From Naegleria gruberi (Eukaryota): a stretch of DNA of 64,000 bases. The DNA is taken from NCBI GenBank assembly GCA_000004985.1, contig GG738879.1; one strand, 5' to 3'. The stretch's first letter is position 1, and every line of letters starts with the position of its first letter. The position numbers and the translations under genes were made by a program. Shown here piece after piece: positions 33,758 to 44,688 of this stretch. Under the pieces are notes generated by a model that saw only the letters and a program-made list of their open reading frames with translations, did not search any database and was not told where the DNA came from.

Positions 33758-33895
33758 ATGAACAAAATGAGAAGAGCCTACTTGAAGGGAGAATTGGTTA
33801 GAAAACACAATTATACTGATTTGAAATCCGAATTAAATAGAAGAGTGGAAGAAAGAATGAAACAACTCTCTGAACAAAAACAATCAAATCAATAA
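33758..33895 (+). CDS. Possible 45-aa basic micro-protein (MNKMRRAYLKGELVRKHNYTDLKSELNRRVEERMKQLSEQKQSNQ)
   Basis: Short ATG-initiated ORF below the track cutoff, lying between two mitochondrial-type genes; no homology asserted. Confidence 0.2.
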   Translation: MNKMRRAYLKGELVRKHNYTDLKSELNRRVEERMKQLSEQKQSNQ

Positions 33896-33937
33896 TATCA
33901 AATTATTTAAATAATAATAATTGAAAAGGAATAAAAA

Positions 33938-35062
33938 ATGAAAAAACTCTCTAATGCTCTCAAACCTTTAACATTGCTCACTTTGGGAGGAGCAAGAGTG
34001 AGTTTGAGACCTACTAGTTTAATTATTAATAAACTGCAAAGTAAGACAACTTTTGGATATCATTCAACACACAAAAATAATAGTACAACAAAAACAACAT
34101 TAGAAGTTCCACAAACTTCCGATTCAAAAGAAAAACAACAATATGATTTTCAAAAATTACCAAAACTTTATTATTTATTTGTGATTGGAGGCAGTCTTGT
34201 GATTATAGCAAATTTTGTAGCAATTTATTTTGCAAAACAAGAATTTGATGAAGCAATTGGAAAATTCTCTTTGGATTTTATTGGAAAAGAATCATTTAGT
34301 GATGAAGAAATTGAACAATTAAAATCATTGATTAAATCAACTACAGGACTTTTAAAAGTTGGATATTACCAAAAGATTTTCTATGAATCAAATTTATTGA
34401 AAGATTTAACATCACTTCAAGGAAAAACAATTACAAGTGAAACATCTAAACAATACGAAGTTCAATTGTTAATTGATAATTTACTAAAAATTTTGGATAA
34501 GTGTCCTTCAGATGAATTAAGATCAAAACAATATTTATATGTTTCTCCAGACGATAATGAACTAAACCAATGGGTGGAAAAGGATGCAGATACTTCTAAA
34601 CAAGCTGGTATTTCTTCCAGTTTCATGACTTTACCTGCATTTTACAAAACTCTATGCTTTACTACTATTGCATCTCTTTCATTTTTAAGACTTAATAGAA
34701 TGCCTTATATTACTCAAAAGGGAAGAGTTACAATTGTTTCAATGATTTTACTTTATAGTGCATGGGTTGGAATGTTCAGACCAGCTTCAATTAACAGAAT
34801 TTCTGGAATTTTCAGTTCATTATTCGAATCAACCAAAGATGATAAGACTACAATTAGAGCGCCATTCGTTCATTTAATTTTCCAACAATATCTTACAATA
34901 TTTTCCTTCATTATATGGTTGATGATGTATAGAGCAATCAAGTTTGTAATTCTTCCAGAATTATTATTAGGGTCTGATGAACCAATCAAGTTTTTGGAAG
35001 CTCAACAAGAAAAAGAGAAGAAGCAATTAGCTCAATCAACTTCAGAAAATGAAAATAAATAA
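33938..35062 (+). CDS. Membrane protein with mitochondrial presequence-like N-terminus and several TM helices
   Basis: MKKLSNALKPLTLLTLGGARVSLRP presequence-like; 374 aa; AAAAATG start. Confidence 0.45.
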   Translation: MKKLSNALKPLTLLTLGGARVSLRPTSLIINKLQSKTTFGYHSTHKNNSTTKTTLEVPQTSDSKEKQQYDFQKLPKLYYLFVIGGSLVIIANFVAIYFAKQEFDEAIGKFSLDFIGKESFSDEEIEQLKSLIKSTTGLLKVGYYQKIFYESNLLKDLTSLQGKTITSETSKQYEVQLLIDNLLKILDKCPSDELRSKQYLYVSPDDNELNQWVEKDADTSKQAGISSSFMTLPAFYKTLCFTTIASLSFLRLNRMPYITQKGRVTIVSMILLYSAWVGMFRPASINRISGIFSSLFESTKDDKTTIRAPFVHLIFQQYLTIFSFIIWLMMYRAIKFVILPELLLGSDEPIKFLEAQQEKEKKQLAQSTSENENK

Positions 35063-35063
35063 A

Positions 35064-35514
35064 TTATTCTTCCTTAAGTTTGTACGGATTGAGGGGCTTG
35101 GCAAATTTAGGCATGAACACAAATAATTTGATGTAGAGAGGAATGAAGAGAATGATTCCGATAATTGCAATAGCCACAAAAACATATCTTACATAGATGT
35201 AAGTATCCACTTTTTGTTGTGATGTAGTTAATACTATATAATTTTGAGATGTAATATCAAGAGGTAATTTGGGAGAAAGAAGGAAGAAGAGAAATATAAA
35301 GATAGGAATAAAGAATCCAATAAATATGACACATCTAAGCATTCGGCATGAGTAAAATTATTGTTAATCATCCTTACCCTTTCCTGAATCTTTTTTTTAC
35401 AAAACAACAACAAATCATCAATAAGAACCAAATCACAAGAGAAACAATAAATATCAAAACTCCATATCCAATTCCTAAACCAGGGACAATAGCAGTAACG
35501 ACCTCATTTGCCAT
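35064..35514 (-). CDS. Small 4-TM membrane protein; 2 exons complement(35064..35334, 35378..35514)
   Basis: A 43-nt GTAAGG...CTTAG intron joins track ORFs 35374..35559 and 35064..35342 in frame. Start taken at MANEVV (AAAAAAATGG context). Confidence 0.35.
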
Positions 35515-36252
35515 TTTTTTTGTATGTTGATTTACAGTTTTAATATTGCTGATTCCCATACAAGCTTTTGTATTTCATCAAATTCCATATTCAATTTTCT
35601 GAAGGTTGTTAGAGTTAGGGGTAATGGTGTGGCTCCAATGTTGAGGCAATAATAGCTGTTTAAATACTCAATAAGATTGCTTATTCAATATTCACTTGGC
35701 AGTTGTTCCATCAGATTTCAACTAATGAATACAATTCAGTAATACCCATTTTGTTGTTTCTTTTTAGTGGTCTTCTTCTTTGTTTTAGGTGTCAAATCAT
35801 CTTCAGTTTCGTCTTGATTTTTACCTTTTCTTGGATTTGAAACCTTCAGTCATAACGCGAGATCTTAATTTTTCTCTTTGAGAGGGAGCTCCCTTGAAAG
35901 CATCCAATAACAGCTTGTCTTTTCTCAAAGCTTATCAAAGCCTTCTACATTTCAAGTCTGGATTGTTCCTTCATATTCTTCATATCATATTAGCCCAACT
36001 GGACTTTTCCAATTCTAGTTTAATGAATACGATCTTCGGCAGCTTAAGAGATACGTGCAAAGTATCAACGTTTCAAGATCTTCTTTAGGGGCAATCCTGT
36101 AAGTGTTACTCCTTAGTATTATTTGATGAACCATCCACTCTCAAATTAGCTCCTAGGACAACCTTGAAACCCCGATTAAGATGGATAAAATCAATAAAAT
36201 TAAAATTTAAAAAAAAATAATAACAACAACACATCATCACAAGATATTTGTT
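35515..36252. promoter_or_regulatory. Unusually long (~740 nt) gene-free divergent interval
   Basis: Only weak ORFs (35894..36088, 36106..36312); could hold promoters or an unannotated ncRNA. Confidence 0.25.
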
Positions 36253-37653
36253 ATGATTTTTAAAATGTTTATGCGTGCGGAAACAATACTGGAGTCTTCC
36301 GAAGACTTTCAAGTCGATGAAATTGGTTATACATATGATAGGATTATTCTAGGAATTATGACATCACTTGTTTGTCTTTATATTTTATTACAGATTGGTC
36401 TTACTTTCTACCACAAGCACAAAGTACCATCATTCCATTTCGGTTTTTTGGTGCTGTGTTGCATTTGGATGATTTTGAGGACAGTTTATTATTTTTCTGT
36501 TATTGAAAATTGTGGTGTTTTCTTCTTGTACTACCTTCCTATTTGTGTAGAATTTGCAGTGTTTACTTTACTAGTAGTTTTCTTCTTCAAATTATTAAAT
36601 TATGGAGGAGGTTGGGATAAATCAATTTTCTCCCGTTCTCATAACAATTCAACACCTTCTAACAGTATTTTAGTAGGTTCTGGTGTTCAATCTCCTCCGG
36701 AGAGAAGAAGATCTTCCAGGAATAGAATCAATGATAGTTATGGTGCTGTTTCTAATCACCATCACGTCTCTGTAAATGCTGCTTCAGAGGATGATGACAC
36801 AAAATCTGATGCTTCTTTTGTGAGTCAAAATTTAGAAGATGTTATTTACGAAGAAGACTCTAAGTCAAGTTACTATAAGACATCAACAGGTGCCAAGTAT
36901 TACAAGAAACTTCTTAAATCTATCTGTACAAAAAAGGTGATTTATATGGTAACATGGTTGATTTCCAATTTTGTATTTTTGGCAATAATCTTATCTTTCT
37001 GTATTACTTCATGTACTACTGCAATAGAAATAGAGCAAACTAATTCTATTATTGGATTTGCAAGTGCTTGCTCATTCACTATTTTGATGATTATGTTATT
37101 AATTATTGGTATTAGAATGGTTTACATATTTAGAAGAAGAAATGATATTCCTGTGAGCTTAAAAGTCAGTAGAATTACTGGACCAGGAATGATTGTCGTC
37201 ATTATTGTGAACTGTTTTGTATTCACCAGTAGAGCTATATTTGATTGTTTGATTTTAATTCCTAATTTCCCAAAAGATTATTTGAAAATTCAATTCTTAA
37301 GATCTACTGATTATGGAAGAATCTTTATTATTGTTACTAATTTCTTCTGGGAAATTATGCCAATTCTGAGTATTTTAATATTCTTTAGCAAATTCAGTTT
37401 CGGTAGAAATGTTGTGAATATGAGCTTCAAAAGACAAGTTCAACCAGAGGACGAAACTCCAGAATCAGAATCAACAAATGTTGATCATGTTTTTGATCCT
37501 AACACTCCTTTGGTTATTGGTACAAACAATAACAGAAATGGAATGTCCAAAAGAAATGCGAGTTCAGGGTATTTAATTCAGGAGGGAGAAACAACAGAAT
37601 CATCTCTTTATGATGATATTGAAACAGATAGCTCTTACAGTGCAAACGATTAA
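36253..37653 (+). CDS. Seven-transmembrane protein with long loop between TM3 and TM4 (GPCR-like/TOM1-DUF1084-like topology)
   Basis: 466 aa, seven hydrophobic helices by eye; family not assigned. Confidence 0.5.
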   Translation: MIFKMFMRAETILESSEDFQVDEIGYTYDRIILGIMTSLVCLYILLQIGLTFYHKHKVPSFHFGFLVLCCIWMILRTVYYFSVIENCGVFFLYYLPICVEFAVFTLLVVFFFKLLNYGGGWDKSIFSRSHNNSTPSNSILVGSGVQSPPERRRSSRNRINDSYGAVSNHHHVSVNAASEDDDTKSDASFVSQNLEDVIYEEDSKSSYYKTSTGAKYYKKLLKSICTKKVIYMVTWLISNFVFLAIILSFCITSCTTAIEIEQTNSIIGFASACSFTILMIMLLIIGIRMVYIFRRRNDIPVSLKVSRITGPGMIVVIIVNCFVFTSRAIFDCLILIPNFPKDYLKIQFLRSTDYGRIFIIVTNFFWEIMPILSILIFFSKFSFGRNVVNMSFKRQVQPEDETPESESTNVDHVFDPNTPLVIGTNNNRNGMSKRNASSGYLIQEGETTESSLYDDIETDSSYSAND

Positions 37654-37654
37654 T

Positions 37655-38737
37655 TTATTTGAATAGTTTAGAAAAAGTGTGCTTTTCCTTCTCCTTATAC
37701 TTTTCCAATTCAGCTTTTGCTTTCTTGTGCCAAACCTCAATTTCCTTATTTCCTAAATTATTTTCAAGCAAGTCTGAAAAATCCCTCTCACTATTTTGCC
37801 AATCTCCTCTTGAAAAGTATGAAACACCTCTTCTAAACTTGGCCTTTGTCTCAATTGCACTGATACCTTCCATCTCATTATGATGGGTAACTAGTTGAAG
37901 AACTTTGTTGCACAATTCTATAACTGTTGCATATTCTGATTGTTTGATTTTAACTGCTGCAATATTTCCCAAAATAACAATCTCTTTTTCTTCCAATAAT
38001 TTTCTTTCATTTTCTTCTCTCATACCAGGCGCCAAATATCTAAATGCTTTCTCATATTTTTCTAATGCTTTTGAAAGATTTCCTTGCTTGAAAAATTGAT
38101 TTCCTAGTTCTTTCAATTGTTCTGCAATTTCCATCTTTTTCCCAAGAGAAACATCTTCATTATCTGCTGGGTATTGAGGATAAATATCTCCTTCCTCAAC
38201 ATTTTGTTGGTCTAGTATTCCATCACTCTGACCATGTTCAAGAACTCCACAATCCATAAAGGTAATTTCAATACTTGGATAACCAGTTGTTTCAACGACA
38301 GGAATTCTTTCAATTCTACTAAGTATGGAAGTTCCTTTAGTTATTTTTCCAACAGGTAACAATTCATTCTTCATGTAAGAAAGGTTTGTTGTAGAAAACA
38401 AGAATTGTGACGATGCTTCTTTTGTTGATTTCTTATCAATGAACATAAGGAAATCCTCGTCACGTTCACTATCATAATAGTCATTTGCAAAATCCCCATC
38501 CACAACTTGTTTTCCTCCTTCTCCAGTGTTGAATTCATAATCACCAGCCTGAATCATCATCTTTTTAATTACTCTAAAAACTTTACTTCCTTTGTAGCCT
38601 ACTGGTCCTTTGCATAGAGTAATTATATTATTACAAATATTTGGGCATTTGTCTCTGAATAATTCTACTACAATTCGCCCTAATGAATTTCCTTTTACCT
38701 CAACTTCGAAAAAAACTCTATCAATATCCTGGCTCAT
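37655..38737 (-). CDS. Cyclophilin-40-type peptidyl-prolyl isomerase (divergent cyclophilin domain + C-terminal TPR)
   Basis: VFFEVEVKGNSLGRIVVELF...VFRVIKKMMIQAGDYEF cyclophilin-like core with insertions; TPR region AEQLKELGNQFFKQGNLSKALEKYEKAFRYL and K/E-rich tail as in Cyp40/PPID. Stop is 1 nt from the stop of the upstream convergent gene. Confidence 0.7.
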   Translation of the reverse strand: MSQDIDRVFFEVEVKGNSLGRIVVELFRDKCPNICNNIITLCKGPVGYKGSKVFRVIKKMMIQAGDYEFNTGEGGKQVVDGDFANDYYDSERDEDFLMFIDKKSTKEASSQFLFSTTNLSYMKNELLPVGKITKGTSILSRIERIPVVETTGYPSIEITFMDCGVLEHGQSDGILDQQNVEEGDIYPQYPADNEDVSLGKKMEIAEQLKELGNQFFKQGNLSKALEKYEKAFRYLAPGMREENERKLLEEKEIVILGNIAAVKIKQSEYATVIELCNKVLQLVTHHNEMEGISAIETKAKFRRGVSYFSRGDWQNSERDFSDLLENNLGNKEIEVWHKKAKAELEKYKEKEKHTFSKLFK

Positions 38738-39444
38738 GGTTTGTTGTATTTTTGTTTGTATTTTTATTTAGGGTTTACAAATTTCGAAAGTAATTGATCT
38801 TGAATACAAAACCAACTGTTTTGGCCTGGAAGCTTCTCAACATTTTCAATTTATTTCCTTAAGAAACTAGATTTTTCGAAAAATCATGGAATCTTCGGAA
38901 TTTCTCTAATAACTCAAGTTGACAAAGCATGTCTCCCTTATTTGAATTTTCTCGATGTATTGAACTTTGAAGAAAATGATCCAAGCAAATCATTCTTCTC
39001 TCTTGTGAAGATATCATCGTGAGTACAGGGAAGATTGGTTAGTTGAAGGCCTCTTCGTCGAAAGAGGAGTTTGTACATGTGATGGTTTGTTGGGTTTCTT
39101 TTTTCTATGTTTCTTCTTTTTGGTGCTTTTCACTTCATTTAATTCAGGTAAAAATTGAGAAACTGGTGAGGGACTCTGATTGGTGTCAGAAAGAATTATT
39201 TAAATTGTAAACTTACTCTTTGAGGACCATCTTCTTCTGGTTGTGACAATTCTCCCTTATCCCCTTTTTTTATATCTGAAAGATAAGGAAGGCCTACCAA
39301 TCCTCTTGCTTTCAGACTTGTGATATCTGGAAGAATTTCATGATGAACTTCTTGAGGTGGTTCTACTTCTTCTTTTCTCGTGTGTTTCTTCATTGTTTTA
39401 GCGAATCTGATTTCACAAATGTTACCAAAGTAATTAAAACCAAC

Positions 39445-40597
39445 TTACTTCTCTTCATCAATGTAGACAACAGAACCTTTTCTTTCTGTTTTTTCCTTCC
39501 TTGGTTTTTTCCATGAATTAAGAGAAATATTGTCTTGATCTAATAGTTGTTGGAAGTCAGTATTGTACCATTCTGAATATCCCTTTAAGTATGGGTGTTC
39601 CAATAAATCCTCATATGTACCTCTCTTGTTTGGATCAATGTTGAGACAAAATTTGATGAAAGAAAGAGCTTCTTTGGAAATATTTGTTTTGTATCTACTA
39701 TCTAAGGAAACTATTCCCTCTGAAGATGGTTTTGGTAGATCTACATCTCTATACATTGGGTTATTATTGTACACTTCAATTTGTCTCTCTGACAATTTTC
39801 CAAAGCAATTAATAATTCTTGAAAGCTGATCAATATCAGAATCTCCAGGGAATAATGGTTGTCCTTCCAATAATTCCCATAACATGCATCCAATAGCCCA
39901 TATATCTACAGCTTTTCCATATTCTCTATCACCTACAACTAATTCAGGAGCTCTATACCATCTCGTTGACACATAATCGGTATACTTTGCACCAGTTCCC
40001 TCCAATGCTCTGGCAAATCCAAAATCTGCTATTTTCATGACTCCACTTTTCGATACCAACAGATTTTCTGGTTTCAAATCTCTATGGATAATCTAAGCCC
40101 TTATTACAATAACAAAGCCGAGATGAACTTACATTCAAAGAATGACAATACTCGATGCCTTTCAACAGTTGGAATAAATATTTCTTAGTCATATCTTCAT
40201 CAAGACCGTAAGGATATTTTTCCTCTAGTTTCCCTAGAATGGTAGACTCCAAAAACTCGAACACAAGATACAGTTTTCCCTTTTTCCGAAAAACCTCCAA
40301 CAAATTCACTATGTTTTCATGTCTTAATTGCTGCAAAATTCCTATTAACCTGTCGATGATGATTACGTACCTTTAGGATTCTAATCTCTCTTAGTGCCGT
40401 TTTTTTGACTTGTTCATCTTCATCAGATTCCTTAAACTTCTTAACGGCGACTACTTGACCTGTTTCCTTATGCCTACATTTCATAACAACACCATAGGCT
40501 CTAATCATGCCGATCAAGCAACAATTAATAAGAACAAAGACCGCCACAAACAAACATACCCTTCACCAATGATTCCAAGGTTCTCGTAGTTTTCCAT
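39445..40597 (-). CDS. Cyclin-dependent kinase-like (CDKL family) Ser/Thr kinase; exons complement(39449..40092, 40133..40330, 40371..40500, 40560..40597) with possible further 3' exons down to about 38940
   Basis: Joined product [35 protein letters not shown]...[23 protein letters not shown]...[14 protein letters not shown]...DFGFAR...[11 protein letters not shown] matches CDKL1-5. Introns 59, 40 and 40 nt (GTATGT, GTACGT, GTAAGT). The stop after ...IDEEK is the TAA inside GAGAAG|TAAGT. Confidence 0.8.
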
Positions 40598-40767
40598 TTT
40601 TTTTTTGGTGTTGTATCCTATCAACCGTTGTAGCCGAATGTTTTTCCTCTTTGTTTTCCAGGGTTATTTTAGTGATCTAAAGATAATAATTTCAAAAATA
40701 TTGTGGTATGATGGGGGCAATCAGTATAAGGCCGCCAAAAAATTGATGATTTAAGGATTTTGAAAAA

Positions 40768-41965
40768 ATGCAAACAACCTCCTCGAGCGAAAACTCTTTC
40801 TTGGCTGATCATACAACACTATCATACAATGATTCTTCAATAGTATCGGAATCATCAAGTGCTATTTTGTCAAGTTTATTCATGTTGGCAATTTCGTTAG
40901 GAGTTTATTCCTTATCACAAAGAACCACTTCTACAAAAACTAGTAAAAAATCGAAAAAGTTAAAAGAGGAACAAGGCAATCAGGAAATAGATCAAAGATT
41001 TAAACAAAGTAAGAAACCAACAAAGGAGGAAAAGAAAATAGCCAGAGAACTCTACAAAAATAGAAAACCAAAATCAATTGACCAAGTTTTGTGTCAGAAA
41101 AAAATGGATTTAATCAAAAACAAACAAAAATCACTATCATATGGAAAAGAATTGGCTTCATGTCTAGGTGAAAGAAGATTTATTAATCAAAAGAAATGGA
41201 ACTGCTTATCCAGACCACAATACAAGTATTCTTGTGGAATTAGCTCACTAACATCTGTTTGGAATTTTCTCTTCTCATCATTAGGCGAGGGAAGTTTACC
41301 ACCACTCACTCAAGAAGAAGTTCTTTTAATACTTGGATTTAGTGAACCATTCGAACAAATAAGGTTTGTAGTCAAATAGATACAATTAGACTCACAGTTC
41401 AAGGTTTGGACCCTTTACTGGAAATCAAACATTAATGACATGGTTTAAAGAGCTCCTGGCAGCTTTTAACTGTAAAGGATCCTGTTCTATATTTTGGAAA
41501 TGTGCAGGAGAGTCTGTGGCAATACCAACCAATGCAAAAGAGGAGATGAAGAGTGGTATTAAAGATACGAAGGTTGCTTTTATTTATCATTGCTACAACC
41601 ATTACATGGTACCAATCGGATATGAAGAAAGTTCTGAAATGCAATCCCAAATTTATGAAAAGGATATTGAAAAAACAAATACATGGTTTTTAATTGGAGA
41701 TAATAGTAGGCTGCAAGAACCAGTTGAATGTGTTAAATTTTCAGATATTGAAAAGGATTTAAAACAGGAAGGACCTAAATTTTTCAATATTAGACATCCA
41801 GAAAGAGGAATTCAGAAAAAAGAAGGAGGAAAATCACGTGGTAATGTAGATTGTATTCTCAAGTTCACATGTGATTCCACACAAGTAAATATTAGACCTG
41901 AAAAGAGAACAAATTTTGACAAAACAAGGAAACAATCCTTTGAGCTTGTGTGGGCTGAAAAGTAA
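40768..41965 (+). CDS. Membrane-anchored protein with putative papain-like (C39/ACTMAP-like) Cys-His fold; 2 exons (40768..41363, 41398..41965)
   Basis: A 34-nt GTTTGT...CACAG intron joins track ORFs 40768.. and 41435.. in frame. Candidate catalytic Cys in [15 protein letters not shown] and His in [10 protein letters not shown]; assignment tentative. Confidence 0.4.
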
Positions 41966-42169
41966 GCCAAAAAATGTGGATCGAAACGAAAAAAAAAGCC
42001 GCAATGTTGCCCTGAAATAATAAAATCAATCCACACCTGGAAAAAATATTTTATTAAAAAAATAGACATACAATTAACGGATAGTTTAGCCACTTTCCAG
42101 TCATGTTTTTGGAATTTGCTTTACTTTACTTTCCTCAATATTATTTATTATTAAGACTCACTAATTGTT

Positions 42170-44658
42170 ATGTCCAATAACGCAAATACTCCCAGGAAAC
42201 ATCGCTTTTCCTTTTCACTTTCTCCTTCCTCAAACAAGCCTAACATCTCTCCTTCATTCTTATCTTACAGACAACCTGAAACAATATCAACTGCTTCATC
42301 TAGAAACAATTTATCTAACACTGTTCCACTATGTGATAGGTATGTTTTTCATCAAAGTCATTACCATTGTTAATCTTTTTTTCAATGTTGTTTTTGTTTA
42401 ACGTCCGTTATTTTTCATCATACAATTTTAAATATTATTTAATTTTAAATAACATTATTCGTGATGAACGGTAACATAGATTCATCTCTAATAGAAGCTC
42501 CTCTAACTTGCGGTTTGGTCTCTCCTCTCCCACAAACCATTACTCACCACAAACACAACAATCATCATTGCAACTGCTCTTTGATGTGTCTGATCAGAGT
42601 TATCGCCACTCTGTAACAGACTCCTCCATTAGAACAAGCCTTACTCCCTCCATATTTGATGGTAGTAATGTACAAGATAATAGAATTTCCCATCTCCCAC
42701 TCAATCGTCCAAGATCAGCCCCACTTGTGAATAACTCTTCAACCACTACACAAACAACACAACAAACTTCTCCTGAGGTAAGCCTTAGAAGAAGAAGAAG
42801 CCAAAGTTTAAATTCGTCATCAAATACATCCACCACCATTGTTGATTCCTCTCTTTCCTACAATACTGTATCCTTGCATCAACATAGAACGTACACTACA
42901 CCGAGCAGAACTTTAAGCAGAGCTGGTTCTGGTTATTCATCTCCTAGAGGCACAACAACTAGTAACAGCAGTACACAATTAAGTATTGGGTCGCTTTCAG
43001 AATCGGGAAGAAGTAACTCACTGAATAATAGTTCGAACTCTTTGAGCTCAATCAATTCCATACTTAATGATGGCTCTTTTGATGATTCAATATTCAACTC
43101 TAATGGGTTAAGCAATGATTATGATCCTAATTTGAGAAATTCTGGGCAATCTGATAACTTGACATTTATTGATGATTTTTTGACCTCTACTCATTCCCAC
43201 ACAACCCTTTTTGATGAAGAACAAGAAAATTCAAATACATGTGAGGATACAATACCTCCGTCACGGGTACCTAATAGTTTTAACTTGGATGGAGTTCTTG
43301 TTGGAGGAAAGGGAGATGCATTTGATACTCTTTTAATGTCAGAGCTACTACCTAATAGTCAACCAATTAATAATCACCTAACAGTTTCTGAAACACCTAA
43401 CCCTGTATCTTATAATAGACGCACTCGAAGCTCTAACTCGTCACCTGTAAAAAGAATTAATACTAACAGCACACCTAACTCTAACATTTTGAACTTTAGC
43501 CCACATAACAAAACATCAAACAGTGTGGTAATAAGTAGGCGGCAGACATATAACAGTAATAAGGGAACCCCTGAACCTGCATTCAGTATGCTTATTCATC
43601 CAAATAACACAGTCCTTACGAAAAATGGAATTAATCTGAAAACTAACAAAAAGATTGCTCTTCCAAAATCTAACAGAACAATACCAGAAAAACCAATTAG
43701 AGTTCTGGATGCTCCTGGTCTCAAAAATGATTTTTATTTGAATCTTTTAGATTGGGGAGAGTCAGACCTTTTGGCAGTAGTTTTAAATACTAACGTTTTC
43801 CTTTGGAATGCTAATAACCATTCTGTATCCTCTCTTTTGACCACACCAGAAAATAACACAATAACGTCAGTATCTTGGATGAAAACAGATCCATACGTTT
43901 TGGCAACAGGTAATGAGGAAGGATTTGTTTCAATTTATGATGTGCAAAAAGAGAAAAAAATTAGAGATGTACATAGACACACTGACAGAGTAGGAAGACT
44001 TGTATGGAATGGGTATTCTTTAACATCTGGATCTAGGGATAATCAAATTATTATAAGTGATATTAGAAGCAAAAAGTCAATAATTCAGCTTTCTGGTCAC
44101 TCCCAAGAAATTTGTGGATTGAAATGGAATAATACTGGAAAACAATTAGCCAGTGGCGGGAATGATAATAATCTATTTGTATGGGAGCCTCAGCATAATA
44201 ATAGATATCCAATGTGGAAATTTAATGATGGTCATAATTCTGCTATCAAGGCTCTTTCATGGTCTCCGTATGATAGTAATATATTAGTATCAGGAGGAGG
44301 AGTGAGTGATAGATGTTTAAAGTTTTGGGATACTTCTAATGGCCAAGTACTGAGTACAAAAAAGACCAGTAGTCAAATTTGCAATATTTATTGGTCGAAA
44401 TTTACAAATGAGATTGTAACAACACACGGGTTAATGAGTCAAAATCACATAACGATATGGAGTTCCTATCCGGAACTTAATCCAGTTTCTACTCTCTATG
44501 GACATACTGAGCGAGTGTTATACTTAACAGCTTCTCCTGATGGTTCTCAGATTGTAACAGGTTCTGGTGATGAAACTATTCGATTCTGGTCCATTTTCCC
44601 AAGTAAGGAAAAACAAAACCAAGATATTCTTTCCAGAGTATCCCTAAACATTCGATAA
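42170..44658 (+). CDS. APC/C activator of the Cdh1/Fizzy-related (FZR) type; 2 exons (42170..42339, 42480..44658)
   Basis: The C-box DRFISNR is created by splicing a 140-nt GTATGT...ACATAG intron. Seven-blade WD40 domain close to human FZR1 (PIRVLDAPGLKNDFYLNLLDW...DETIRFWSIF) and a C-terminal IR tail (LNIR). About 420-aa S/T/N-rich N-terminal region. Confidence 0.8.
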
Positions 44659-44688
44659 ATAAAACTAATTGATAAGCAATATTTACAT

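Noticed and set aside
35894-36312. Two opposing ORFs (35894..36088 +, 36106..36312 -) in the long intergenic interval; also a cttcggcagc string reminiscent of U6 snRNA near 36025
   Set aside because: No start context and no homology. The U6 resemblance is only about 10 nt, and flanking sequence does not match U6.
41432-42093. Minus-strand ORFs 41432..41650 and 41812..42093
   Set aside because: Antisense to the spliced C39-like gene and its 3' flank.
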